Positions 27,264 to 37,735 of a stretch of DNA of 64,000 nucleotides are shown here, piece after piece (within the stretch, counting starts at the first letter, position 1; every line of letters begins with the position of its first letter). Position numbers and translations under genes: made by a program. Location of the stretch: contig DJMH01000116.1 in assembly GCA_002435305.1 (NCBI GenBank), forward strand, positions 23,913 to 87,912, in the 5' to 3' direction. Below the pieces are notes generated by a model. The model was not told the DNA's origin and did no database searches. It was given only the letters and a program-made list of their open reading frames with translations. Origin of the DNA: Dehalococcoidia bacterium UBA6495 (GTDB taxonomy: Bacteria > Chloroflexota > Dehalococcoidia > Lucifugimonadales > UBA826).

Positions 27264-29660
27264 ATGCTCTATCAGTTAAAACTTCGACACCTGCTTTTAA
27301 CTACAGTTTTATATTTCTTACTCGGCACTCTAGCGTGTGGTGAATTTACGAGACATGATGAACATGATCTTGCGCAGACCTCTAATCCAATCTCTAGCCC
27401 AGGTTCTCCCGTTGCTCCGGGAAGCATATTCAACTCACGAATTTACCACACAGCCACTTTTTTAAGGAGTGGGAAAATTTTGGTCGTGGGAGGTGAATCC
27501 AATAACGGAGGTATAAGTTCCCTTGAAATATATGACACCGAAAATGGTAGCTGGGTTAATGGACAGTCATTGCCAAATCCTAGATTTGGGCATACCGCCA
27601 ATCTCATTGGTAGAGAGTCGGTATTAATCGCAGGAGGGGAGGATGGGGAAAATCCAACGGCATCTACAGTTGTATACAATGCAAATACCGACACGTGGAC
27701 TTCTTCTTTAGATATGCTACAGCCCAGAACGAAACACGCATCCTCCATTCTCACAGATGGGAGAGTAATTGTAGTTGGAGGCACCAATAGTTCGGGAACT
27801 CTTTCTTCCGCAGAAATATATGACCCGGTTCTTCAACACTGGACATCTTCAGGAGAATCTCTTTTGCCAAGAATCGGTCATTCGGTAACTGCATTGAAGA
27901 ATGGGATGATATTAGTGGTTGGTGGCAAGATACCAATAGAGAAATCAAATCAGAATTCCCTATTACTGTGTGAAAATTCAAATGAGGCTCCTCCGTCAGC
28001 TGGGGTAACTAAGGGATATCGTTGTAAGGATGGCGCTGCGGTCTTAACTGAGATTTATGACCCAACTAACAATAGCTGGAAAGAATCCTCCTCTCTGTTG
28101 ACCCCCCGATGGGGACATACTGCTACTTTGCTCGAGGACGGTAGAGTCCTCGTGGCTGGCGGAACAAATAATTATTCGTCTGTTGTCGAGTCTGAAATTT
28201 TTGATCCCAACACTGAAACCTGGGTGTCAGCAGGGGAAATGTTATATGAAAGAACTGGCCATACTGCTTCTTTACTTTCTGATGGAAGGGTTTTGATAGC
28301 TGGTGGTTTTACGTACGTACCGATCAGTTACTCCGAAATTTATGATGCGAAAAAAGGTTGGGTGAAAACTGAAAACCTAATGGGCCCTAGACACTTGCAT
28401 TCCGCTGTTCCTCTAAATGACGGGCAAGTTTTAATAATTGCTGGCAAGGCAGGCCTGTTTACTAATTTAACGAGAATAGAACTCTACGATTCTGACTCAG
28501 GTTCTTGGAGTATAAAAGGAAAAATGCCTGTTGCTTTATGGGGTCACACAGCAATTCCTTTGGACTGTGAAAATGTACTAATAGTTGGAGGCAAACGAAA
28601 TGACGGTAGTTCTTTTAATTTAGCATATTTGTTTGACCCAACCACTGGCGGATACCAAACGACAGGGAAAATGAATGTACCTAGATTTGGCCACTCAGCT
28701 ACCAAAATTACAGATGGGTCCGTGGTAGTAGCTGGCGGATACATTAATCCTTCATTTCAATCAGATTCAGTTGAGATTCTAAAGCCTAATAAATTCGGTT
28801 CTTATGAGTGGGTCCCCGCTAAGTCGATGCCGATACCTCTTGAGCGGCATTCGGCTATTTATATTGGAGGAAGGAAGTTATTTCTCACCGGTGGTTGGAA
28901 CGGTTCAAGTGCTGCCTCAAATACGTGGATTTTCGATTTCGATAACAATTTATGGGATATTGGCCCTCCAATGAAAGATGCGAGATGGGGTCATTCAATG
29001 GTTCGGCTTGATGACAAAACCGTTTTGATCTCGGGTGGTGTGGGCGACGATGGGTCACCGTTGTCGTCGGTTGAAAAATACGATTCAATTAATTCTACTA
29101 TGGAGTTGTTGTCTTCCATGCAAGAAGCTCGTAGTGGCCACAGGCTTCTTAAAGACAAAAATGGGGATGTTTATGCGATTGGTGGATATGGTTCCGAGGG
29201 GACTTCTTTGCCGTCATTCGAAAAATTTCGCGTAAATTTCAATCAATGGAATAAATTACCTGATATGTCAGAAGCCAGGTCACACCATTCCGCGATAATT
29301 CTTAAGGATGAAAATATTCTCATCACTGGGGGAACCCGGGACTATAACAGCCCTTCAGGTACTGCAGAATTATTTGATATGAAATCTGGGCAATGGAAAT
29401 CGGCCGGAAGTATGAGGGAAGCTAGGATGGGTCATGTGTCTTATCAGTTTGATAGTAAAAATGGGTTTAACTGCCCCGATTTTAATACTCATGGCGAGGT
29501 ATTTATCATGGGTGGATATGGCCTCAGTGCAATGGACTCTGTAGAGGTTTATAGGCCAGGTGGGGGAGGTTGGTCCGCCTTTGAGTCTATCGTTCGAGGT
29601 TCTACAAAGGATAATTTCATCAGGTTAGTGAGGGGAATATCGCAAAATTGGCATCGTTAA
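27264..29660 (+). CDS. Exported Kelch-repeat protein (about 14 Kelch motifs, two predicted beta-propellers)
   Basis: Signal peptide 'MLYQLKLRHLLLTTVLYFLLGTLAC'. Fourteen recurrences of 'PR(x)GH(T/S)A..L.DG.VLV.GG'. ATG 27264 is preferred over the track start at 27159. Confidence 0.85.
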   Translation: MLYQLKLRHLLLTTVLYFLLGTLACGEFTRHDEHDLAQTSNPISSPGSPVAPGSIFNSRIYHTATFLRSGKILVVGGESNNGGISSLEIYDTENGSWVNGQSLPNPRFGHTANLIGRESVLIAGGEDGENPTASTVVYNANTDTWTSSLDMLQPRTKHASSILTDGRVIVVGGTNSSGTLSSAEIYDPVLQHWTSSGESLLPRIGHSVTALKNGMILVVGGKIPIEKSNQNSLLLCENSNEAPPSAGVTKGYRCKDGAAVLTEIYDPTNNSWKESSSLLTPRWGHTATLLEDGRVLVAGGTNNYSSVVESEIFDPNTETWVSAGEMLYERTGHTASLLSDGRVLIAGGFTYVPISYSEIYDAKKGWVKTENLMGPRHLHSAVPLNDGQVLIIAGKAGLFTNLTRIELYDSDSGSWSIKGKMPVALWGHTAIPLDCENVLIVGGKRNDGSSFNLAYLFDPTTGGYQTTGKMNVPRFGHSATKITDGSVVVAGGYINPSFQSDSVEILKPNKFGSYEWVPAKSMPIPLERHSAIYIGGRKLFLTGGWNGSSAASNTWIFDFDNNLWDIGPPMKDARWGHSMVRLDDKTVLISGGVGDDGSPLSSVEKYDSINSTMELLSSMQEARSGHRLLKDKNGDVYAIGGYGSEGTSLPSFEKFRVNFNQWNKLPDMSEARSHHSAIILKDENILITGGTRDYNSPSGTAELFDMKSGQWKSAGSMREARMGHVSYQFDSKNGFNCPDFNTHGEVFIMGGYGLSAMDSVEVYRPGGGGWSAFESIVRGSTKDNFIRLVRGISQNWHR

Positions 29661-32600
29661 ACTTTTTCTCCCTAGTTGTAAGGCGATCATTCAATGACCG
29701 CCGTCTCATTTTACCCATATTATCAGGCATGCTCGTGGCTACTACCTTGATGTCTTCCGCACCAATGTATCTGGCCGCTTTGGATCAACAGGGAATAAGG
29801 CAGACAGTAGATTTAACTACCAGAAATGAGTCTGAAAATTATCTGGCACTGGAAATGTTCGTGTCTTCGATGGTTCTGGATGAGGAACGCATTGTTCATT
29901 CAGATGAACTGATACAGCAAGCTGTGAACCTGTATTGGTCAGAAGCGATTGTTGGTTTAAACCGGTACCTGAAAACGGATGGGTTTAGTTTCTACAGGTC
30001 ATCGGGATCGGCAATAAGGGACCTAGAGAATAGCTCCATTAGATCACTTGAGGGGTATTTTCACAGTTTTCAGGATGTGGAGGGAAAGGTTGATTACATC
30101 GTAGGATCATCACCAACTTCCGATTTCCAATACCATCCAGATGGGCCGTTACTAGAGGTTTCGCTCTCTACAGATCTGGCGGAAAAACTGTCAATTGAAC
30201 ACGGGGACGTTTTACTGGGGGTTCCCTATCCTGATAGCAGAATCAAATTGGGCGTTAGAGTGAGCGGAATTTTTGAGCCTCTGGATCCATATGACCCCAT
30301 CTGGAAAGACGATATAGATAGATTCTTAATGCCTGTGATTCCCAAAGAAGAAGGCTCTGAAGTGCCTGAAAATTGGTGGGAGGACCAAACATATTATCTG
30401 GCTTTTTTTATATCTGAAGAAGCTATGATGAATTCAATTCCGCTGGCCTACCCAGGGTCGATGGTCGAGGCACGTTGGGATCAGCAAATCGATAACCTAA
30501 TTTTAAGAGAATGGACTAGGGCTGAAATCGTCAGTTCCATTGATGGTCTTGAAGGATTGCTTACTAAAGAAATACCGGGGTTTCAACTTAGATCTGGGAT
30601 AATTCTGATGTTAAAGGAATTTAAAACCCAAAGTTTTTTTTCCAGCATTCCTCTGTTGTTGCTTTTTGCTGTGATAGGTTCTTCCCTTTTATATTTCGTA
30701 TTTATGATAAGTTCATACCTCATGCCGGCCAGAGAATCAGATATCTCTCTAATAAAGATCCGAGGCGCTTCCCGGTTCGCTGTTTTTAGGCAATATGGGT
30801 TGGAAGGGCTTTTGTTATTTTTGGCCTCAATCATCTTCGCCCCAATTCTTGCCTTCTGCCTCGTATCCTTGTCGGGTATATTGCCTTATTTTCACAATAT
30901 TTCAGATGGTAAATTATTGCCGACAACGTTGTCGTGGACTCCTTTTATACTCTCATTTGGGTTTGGAGGATTATGTCTCATCGCTTTTTTATTACCTCCT
31001 ATTTTACGAACTTCAGGAGGAATAGTTACTAGGCGACGTCATTTAGGCAGGCCTGAATCTGTGACCTTTATTCAAAAGTATTATCTTGATTTGGCCTTTA
31101 TGTTCATTTGTTTTGTTCTCTTGTATGAAATTAAGGCCAGAGGGCAGCTTTCATCAGGAGGGCTAGAAGGAGTTTCCGGTATAAATGAGGCTTTGTTATT
31201 TGCTCCGATTTTGCTGCTCTTTTCTGTGGCTATGTTGTCTTTCAGAATATTTCCTATCCTCGTTAAATTTATGACGGGAGAATCTTCAAGTCTCGTCTTG
31301 TTAATGGGTACTCTTTCTGTAATATCTTTGTTATTAAACATTTTTTACGATCTGTTAACTGATTCAGATAAATTGGGGTTGTTATTACCAGTATTTGTTT
31401 TCCTACTATTTTTAATTGGCATGTTGGCCTGTTTTAAAGTATCAAATAAATACAGCAAACTTATTTCTTTTACTTTTATGCTAGGGGCATCATTGATATA
31501 CGGGTTTTATGCTTCTGAAGGAGATGTCATACCTTTCTCTCTTACAAAATGGATTTTGGTTTTTTCCAGTGCGCTGACAGGCATTTTCTTTTTATTGAGT
31601 AGCATCAAAAAATACTACCCACCTTGGATATCTCTTATGCTGTGGAATATGTCCCGGAACCCTTTACAGTACACGTGGTTAGTCGTTCTTTTGGTATTGT
31701 CATCTGGGGTGGCGGTATTATCGGCTACATTGGGGTCAACCTTAGATCATAGTTATAGGGATAAAATCGCCTACGATGTAGGGTCCGACGCAAGGATAGT
31801 TCTCTCTTCGCTTGGGTCAGCAGGCCGAATTCATTCCGTCCCTAGCCTCTCCAATTTTTTTGACAACCTTTCAGGCGTGCATAAATTTTCAAAAGCGAAG
31901 AGAGGTATTGGAAATATTGGCCAGGGAGCGGGCTCTTTTACATTTGATTATTTAGCTTTTGAAACAGATAAAATTACCTTATGGGGCAGGGAAGATTTTT
32001 CGGCACAGCCGACTGATATTCTGCTCGCTGATATGTCAAGTGAAGTAAAGGTTCCAGCCATTGAGATACCCATCGGTACGACAGAGATAGGTATAAATGT
32101 AAAGCCTGACTCAAATTACCCACTCGTATCTTTATGGTTGATACTAAGAGATGCGAATCTTAAATATAAAGTTATAACACTGGGTACACCTGCTCCCTTC
32201 AGGTGGTCGAAGAACAAAGCCGCGATTCCGGACTCCCTCGCCGAACCTATTCAGTTGGTTTCGGTACAAATAAGCGAGCCAGGCCTAGGCGCATCAGGTA
32301 CCCCCGGGAAGATGCTTTTTGATGATTTGTTTGCTATTTTGAACGGTGAAGAGGTCATATTGGAGGATTTTGAAGATTATTCTGAATGGGTGGTCATTCC
32401 TACCTCCACCGGGCCAGGTGATTCCATTTCCATTCAAGAGGACGCTGCTGTATCAGGAAGGTATGGATTCTCATTCGAGTTTGGAAAAGAGAGGAACAAT
32501 GGGGTAAGAGGTTTATTTTGGGGAACCTATGGATCATATCTGCCTGTCCTTGTGAGTCAAACATTTATTGACAATAGCGGATTTGGATTTGGAGACTATT

Positions 32601-33322
32601 TATTAGTTGATATCTCGCAAACTCTAGTTATCAGCAAAATAACAGGTGTAGTAGATTTTTTCCCAACGCTAAATCCTGGAACCGCGGGATTCTTGATTGC
32701 AGATCTTGATGCTGTTATGTATTTATCTTCCCTGACTAACCTGTATGCTCCGAGCTCTGTGAACGAGATTTTTCTGGACCTAAATGATTCAGTTGATGAC
32801 ACGATGACTGCCATTTCCAACGAAGTTGGGAAAGGAGGACAAGTCTATGCGACCAGAGGGTTATTAGAAAAATTAGACAATGACCCTCTTATCTCAGCAG
32901 GATGGAAATTGATGTCATTAATTTCCATCACAGTTGCTCTTTACGTAGCAGTTCTTGGATATTTTATTCATATGATCTTTTTGTCAGGCCAAATTAAATC
33001 TAGAATGGGTACCTTACGATCCTTAGGCATGACGTTATCGCAAAGTTTTAGAATGATTCTTGTTGAGCAGGTTCTAATAATTCTCTTGGGTGTATGTTTA
33101 GGAAGTTGGACAGGGGTGGGTATGACCCGTCTCATGGTTTCAGCAATTACAACTACGGACAATGCTGCCCCCTTGGTTCCTCCTGCCTTAATCACGATGG
33201 ATTCCTTCTCATTATTGATATGTGCTGGCATATTTTTGATCCTATTTATGTTTATGGTCATATGGATCAGTTTTTATTTTTTCCGATTGAATCTTGGGAC
33301 TTTGTCCAGGTTGGAAAATTAA
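29648..33322 (+). CDS. Giant FtsX-domain (MacB/YbbP-type) permease with two FtsX modules
   Basis: 1224 aa. The N-terminal TM is followed by a large extracytoplasmic domain, then FtsX helices ('ARESDISLIKIRGASRFAVFRQYGLEG'). A second extracytoplasmic domain precedes a C-terminal FtsX module ('MGTLRSLGMTLSQSFRMILVEQ'). TTG start overlaps the Kelch gene by 13 nt. Confidence 0.8.
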   Translation: MASLNFFSLVVRRSFNDRRLILPILSGMLVATTLMSSAPMYLAALDQQGIRQTVDLTTRNESENYLALEMFVSSMVLDEERIVHSDELIQQAVNLYWSEAIVGLNRYLKTDGFSFYRSSGSAIRDLENSSIRSLEGYFHSFQDVEGKVDYIVGSSPTSDFQYHPDGPLLEVSLSTDLAEKLSIEHGDVLLGVPYPDSRIKLGVRVSGIFEPLDPYDPIWKDDIDRFLMPVIPKEEGSEVPENWWEDQTYYLAFFISEEAMMNSIPLAYPGSMVEARWDQQIDNLILREWTRAEIVSSIDGLEGLLTKEIPGFQLRSGIILMLKEFKTQSFFSSIPLLLLFAVIGSSLLYFVFMISSYLMPARESDISLIKIRGASRFAVFRQYGLEGLLLFLASIIFAPILAFCLVSLSGILPYFHNISDGKLLPTTLSWTPFILSFGFGGLCLIAFLLPPILRTSGGIVTRRRHLGRPESVTFIQKYYLDLAFMFICFVLLYEIKARGQLSSGGLEGVSGINEALLFAPILLLFSVAMLSFRIFPILVKFMTGESSSLVLLMGTLSVISLLLNIFYDLLTDSDKLGLLLPVFVFLLFLIGMLACFKVSNKYSKLISFTFMLGASLIYGFYASEGDVIPFSLTKWILVFSSALTGIFFLLSSIKKYYPPWISLMLWNMSRNPLQYTWLVVLLVLSSGVAVLSATLGSTLDHSYRDKIAYDVGSDARIVLSSLGSAGRIHSVPSLSNFFDNLSGVHKFSKAKRGIGNIGQGAGSFTFDYLAFETDKITLWGREDFSAQPTDILLADMSSEVKVPAIEIPIGTTEIGINVKPDSNYPLVSLWLILRDANLKYKVITLGTPAPFRWSKNKAAIPDSLAEPIQLVSVQISEPGLGASGTPGKMLFDDLFAILNGEEVILEDFEDYSEWVVIPTSTGPGDSISIQEDAAVSGRYGFSFEFGKERNNGVRGLFWGTYGSYLPVLVSQTFIDNSGFGFGDYLLVDISQTLVISKITGVVDFFPTLNPGTAGFLIADLDAVMYLSSLTNLYAPSSVNEIFLDLNDSVDDTMTAISNEVGKGGQVYATRGLLEKLDNDPLISAGWKLMSLISITVALYVAVLGYFIHMIFLSGQIKSRMGTLRSLGMTLSQSFRMILVEQVLIILLGVCLGSWTGVGMTRLMVSAITTTDNAAPLVPPALITMDSFSLLICAGIFLILFMFMVIWISFYFFRLNLGTLSRLEN

Positions 33323-36300
33323 GTGATGAAGATGGAGGGGCTTGCGAAAATTATTAGGGTTTGGCCCCTGATAGTAAGACGATTGATAGTTAATTGGAGA
33401 ACCCTGTCTACTGTAATCATTGGGGTAGTTTTGGCTTGTTCGATTATGTCTGGCACCGTGGTATTTTTCGATTCACTTAAAGAGATAGCACTGGATGATG
33501 TTCTTAAATCCCTAGATAAGGAAGAGATAAACATATTGGTGCAGGCTGAAAAAGGTCCAACTAACGCTGACGAAGCCTCAACTTTGAATGAAAGGATCCA
33601 TTCTTTTTCCGAAGGATTGCTTTCTTCTCATGTTAGTGAAATTTTACATGGGGGAAGAACCACAACCCTTTTCTTTAGTTACCCGGGCCAGGAACAAAAT
33701 GCAGGGAAAGATAATTCACGGACATTTTTCGCGTACCTACCAAACTTGCAGCCCCATATAACCATTACGGATGGAATTTTTGGGGGAAATGGGCTCGGGG
33801 AATTAACATCAGAAGAGATTTCTGTTATTAAAGTATTAGTAAATGTCCAGGATGCGGCAAATTTTGGACTTCAGGTCGGTGATCGCATATCAGCAGTGCC
33901 TTATTGGGACGATTCTGTTTCCCATGTGACAGCGGAAGTTGCTGGAACCTTTGAAAAAAATAACCAAGATGATTTGTATTGGTCTATTGAACAAAAAGGA
34001 TTCATGTATTCAGCCAGCGATTCGTTCAAAACTATTCCGTTGTATTTGAATGAGGATGTCTATATGGAACACCTTGCCTCAAAATTCCTTGATTTAGAAA
34101 CCACCTACGTTTGGATGTTTGATATAGACAGGGAAAGTATAAATTCCTCAAATGCCTCGAATTTGGCGTCGAATATAACCTATTTTGGGAACCGATTAGA
34201 ATCAGAGTTAAACAGGTTCGTCATTCGCACTGAGCTAGATAAGTCTTTGCAAAAATACGACACCCGTATTTTGTTCACGAAACTTCAAATGTATGTTGTC
34301 CTGATAATGATCACCTTTGTCGTGCTTTATTACGTGGTGGCACTCTCTTCACTGGTAGTCGAAGAGAGACGTTTTGAGGTTTCCAAGCTCAGGAGTAGAG
34401 GTGCTAGCTCGTCACAAATATTGAGTGTATTTGTAATTGAAGGAGCTACCATCTCATTTTTCGCCACTTTGCTTGGCCCACTAATTGCTGTAGGCGGAAT
34501 CAGCCTGTTGGGATTTTTGCCAGGGTTCCATGAAATTAATGATGGTGCTTTTCTTTCTGCTCGGTTAACTTATCAAGCCTTATTTATGAGTATATTGGGT
34601 GGCATTTTAAGTTTTCTAGCTTTAATGATTCCATCTATCCAAGCATCAAGGTTGACGGTGTCTGACGAAAGAACCAAATCGAACAGGCCTAATCGACTCA
34701 CGTTTATATCTCGATACTACATTGATGTCATAGTCCTAATAGTTTCTTTATTTTTATTTAATCAATTGAATGAGCAGGGTTCGATGGCAGCACGGGGGGT
34801 TTTGGGCGATGTTAAGGTCAATCAAATTATGTTAGCTGTCCCAGCCATTATGTTGATTGCTTCCGCTCTGGTTATATTGAGGATATTTCCACTTGTCATG
34901 AGCATTGCAAGCCGGGTGTTATCTAGGTATTTACCAGTTGGTATTACTTTGATCATGTGGCAAATTTCACGTAACCCTTCTAATTATTCAAGACTGCTTT
35001 TACTTTTAATTTTGATGACAGGGCTTGGTATTTTTGTCTCTAGTTTTGGTGGAACCCTCAATAAGAATTTTGAAGACCGTGTTTACTATTCCCATGGCTC
35101 CGATATCAGGCTAAGTTCAGTTTCACTTAATCCCAGAGGGAGAAGTAAACCCCTCACAAAGGGAATAGAATCTATAAATGGCGTGTCGACCGTTAGCCCG
35201 TCCGTTCGATTGATAGGGACTGATGTAACAAAAACATTTGGATCTGACTCTATAACTGTCCTGGGTATCGATACTGATCAGTTTGAACAAAGCGCGTGGT
35301 ATAGAGACGATTTCTCAGAATCTTCATTATCAAAAATTTCCGATACATTGCAAGATACCGATACCAAAGGAATTGAATTGCCGGATAGGTCCCGATCATT
35401 TGGAGTATTGGTTAAATCCGACAAAAGTAGGCCGACTACGGTGTTGGTAGCTAGAATGAAAGACAAAAATGGCAGATATTTGTCATACGATTTAGGTAGT
35501 TTGGATAGTGGGGGATGGACTCTGAAGCAAGTGGAAATTTTCGGTAATAGAGGAAGATTTCAAGTGTTTCCGGCTCGACCCCTGACATTGATATCGATAG
35601 GTATAGTTGAAACTATTCCTCAAAAAAAATTAACTTCCGGTTCCATTTTGATAGATAGTGTGAGGGTAAGATTGTCAACCGGCGAAGTGGTTAATTTGGA
35701 AGATTTCAGGGATATTAACGGTTGGCAAATAATAGATTCATCAATCTCATCCGCAAATGATAGGTTAGGAATTTCAGAAATAAGTGCGAAATCAGATTCT
35801 TCAGCCTTTTTTACCTGGTCTGAAGGTCCTCCAATTACGATGCGAGGCATTTATCCTTCTACGAAATTTAAACCTATTTCCGCCATTGTTAATTCCGATT
35901 TCTTAATTAACTCCCGATATTCTTTGGGTGATCAGCTAAAGTTATCAATAGGTGGTCTGCGAATTGATGTGGTATTGCGTGATAAAGTCAAGTATTTTCC
36001 TACAATCAATCCTACCGAGGACGATTTTATAGTAGTTGGATTGGACCCACTGATTCACCGGCTTAATATCAGCTCTTTGTTTGGAAGTACCGATCCAAAC
36101 GAGTTTTGGATTGATTACGAGGACGGAATTACAAATGAAACCAAGATGGGCCTTAAAGAGGAGTTGATTAATGATCCTTCTTTTCCCTACGGCAAATTAT
36201 GGGATACAGAATCCATGCTTGAGATCAATCGTGTTGATCCCTTAGTCAAAGCTGGCTGGCATGCAATATTGGTAATCGCCTTTGGTTCAATTTTGCTTTT

Positions 36301-36679
36301 AAGTGCGATCGGATTTTTTTCTCATGCCTATATATCATATAGAAACCGGCGGTTCCAGTTCGCGTTACTTAGAACCCTTGGGTTTTCTACTCGTCAGCTT
36401 ATAACAACTATTTGGGTGGAACAGGTTTTAATAATTACGCTAGGAATGATCGTTGGAACCTGGATGGGAGGAAGGTTATCTGAGGCGGTTATGCCGTTTT
36501 TGAGTAGTGATGATTATGGCAATCAGGTAATTCCACCGTTTGTGATACAAGTAGATTGGGTTAATCTAATGATAACTTATGCGGCGATGATCCTAATTTT
36601 TGCTGCCGTCATAGGATCCCTGATTTTCTTAGCACGGAGACTCGTATTAAACAAAATGTTGAGACTTGGGGATACTTAA
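33323..36679 (+). CDS. Giant FtsX-domain permease, paralog of the preceding gene
   Basis: 1118 aa with the same architecture ('RRFEVSKLRSRGASSSQILSVFVIEG' and 'RFQFALLRTLGFSTRQLITTIWVEQ'). It starts directly after the upstream TAA; GTG 33323, ATG 33326 and ATG 33332 are possible starts. Confidence 0.8.
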   Translation: MMKMEGLAKIIRVWPLIVRRLIVNWRTLSTVIIGVVLACSIMSGTVVFFDSLKEIALDDVLKSLDKEEINILVQAEKGPTNADEASTLNERIHSFSEGLLSSHVSEILHGGRTTTLFFSYPGQEQNAGKDNSRTFFAYLPNLQPHITITDGIFGGNGLGELTSEEISVIKVLVNVQDAANFGLQVGDRISAVPYWDDSVSHVTAEVAGTFEKNNQDDLYWSIEQKGFMYSASDSFKTIPLYLNEDVYMEHLASKFLDLETTYVWMFDIDRESINSSNASNLASNITYFGNRLESELNRFVIRTELDKSLQKYDTRILFTKLQMYVVLIMITFVVLYYVVALSSLVVEERRFEVSKLRSRGASSSQILSVFVIEGATISFFATLLGPLIAVGGISLLGFLPGFHEINDGAFLSARLTYQALFMSILGGILSFLALMIPSIQASRLTVSDERTKSNRPNRLTFISRYYIDVIVLIVSLFLFNQLNEQGSMAARGVLGDVKVNQIMLAVPAIMLIASALVILRIFPLVMSIASRVLSRYLPVGITLIMWQISRNPSNYSRLLLLLILMTGLGIFVSSFGGTLNKNFEDRVYYSHGSDIRLSSVSLNPRGRSKPLTKGIESINGVSTVSPSVRLIGTDVTKTFGSDSITVLGIDTDQFEQSAWYRDDFSESSLSKISDTLQDTDTKGIELPDRSRSFGVLVKSDKSRPTTVLVARMKDKNGRYLSYDLGSLDSGGWTLKQVEIFGNRGRFQVFPARPLTLISIGIVETIPQKKLTSGSILIDSVRVRLSTGEVVNLEDFRDINGWQIIDSSISSANDRLGISEISAKSDSSAFFTWSEGPPITMRGIYPSTKFKPISAIVNSDFLINSRYSLGDQLKLSIGGLRIDVVLRDKVKYFPTINPTEDDFIVVGLDPLIHRLNISSLFGSTDPNEFWIDYEDGITNETKMGLKEELINDPSFPYGKLWDTESMLEINRVDPLVKAGWHAILVIAFGSILLLSAIGFFSHAYISYRNRRFQFALLRTLGFSTRQLITTIWVEQVLIITLGMIVGTWMGGRLSEAVMPFLSSDDYGNQVIPPFVIQVDWVNLMITYAAMILIFAAVIGSLIFLARRLVLNKMLRLGDT

Positions 36680-37602
36680 CTCAGGATGGAATTTTCAAAA
36701 TCCCTGTGACCTCTGGCAAAGTCAGTTGCCGATGTGATTTTTGAACCCTCGCTTTGTAGTTGCGATACGAGTAAGGAACCATCGGAAGTGCCAATATACA
36801 CTGCATTATCATGAATTGAGACACACCCGGGAGGTAATTTGTAATTTTCTGAAATCTTTGCTTCTATGATCTTTAAATTTTTCCCCTTGAAATGGGTGTA
36901 TGAGCCGGGCCAGGGGTGATGCGCCCTGATTTTTCTCCCTATTACGTCAGCTCCATCCTTCCAATCTACCAGACCGTCTTTACGGACTAGTTTTTTCGTA
37001 TACGTCGCATTTTCATCATTCTGTTTTCTGGGTATTATTATTCCTTTAGCCAATTTTGAAATTGTTTCTACAATTAAATCTGCACCTATATAAAATAATT
37101 TCTCTGTTAATTCGTTACACAGTGTCCCTTCACCAACTGGGGTCTTTTTTTGGGCTAGTATAGGGCCTGAATCCATTCCGGAATCTAGTTGGATAATTGT
37201 AATCCCAGTAACTTTTTCCGCTTCAAGAATAGCTGCTGATACGGGTGAAGCTCCTCGGTATTTTGGCAATAGGGAAGGATGGAGATTTATGCAACCATAG
37301 GGAAACATACCCAATATTTCAGAAGGCAGTAGCATTCCATATGCAGCAACCACAGCGATATCGGCCTTAAAATCATCAAGTATAGGAATCAGGGAGAGGT
37401 CCGCTTGGAAATTTTCCGGTTGTAACACCTGGAAATTTTTAGATAAAGCATGCTCCTTTAACGCACTTATGGTGACTTTTCTTCCTCGGCCTGACGTTCT
37501 GTCTGGTTGGGTGTAGACAGCTACTATTTCGTGTCCATCGGCTGAAATTTTGTCTAGAACAGGTATGGCGAAATATGGCGTCCCCATAAATACTATTTTC
37601 AT
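36676..37602 (-). CDS. fmt: Methionyl-tRNA formyltransferase
   Basis: 'MKIVFMGTPYFAIPVL', 'INLHPSLLPKYRGASP'. Confidence 0.95.
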   Translation of the reverse strand: MKIVFMGTPYFAIPVLDKISADGHEIVAVYTQPDRTSGRGRKVTISALKEHALSKNFQVLQPENFQADLSLIPILDDFKADIAVVAAYGMLLPSEILGMFPYGCINLHPSLLPKYRGASPVSAAILEAEKVTGITIIQLDSGMDSGPILAQKKTPVGEGTLCNELTEKLFYIGADLIVETISKLAKGIIIPRKQNDENATYTKKLVRKDGLVDWKDGADVIGRKIRAHHPWPGSYTHFKGKNLKIIEAKISENYKLPPGCVSIHDNAVYIGTSDGSLLVSQLQSEGSKITSATDFARGHRDFENSILS

Positions 37603-37735
37603 AAATAAAGTTAACTCCTCTCGGCAGACTTTTGAATTATAAGACCCTCTATCCTTTTGTTGATATGTTGTGGGATTATTAAAGTAAGACTTTTGCCGAT
37701 GGTTCTTTTCTAGTTTGTCAGGAAATGCCAGTTAA

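Noticed and set aside
33320-33325. The two giant FtsX permease ORFs are in the same reading frame and separated by a single stop codon. I considered a possible fusion or readthrough product.
   Set aside because: The stop is TAA, not TGA. The second ORF has its own GTG/ATG starts and a typical N-terminal FtsX-permease helix. Two separate paralogs is the simpler reading.
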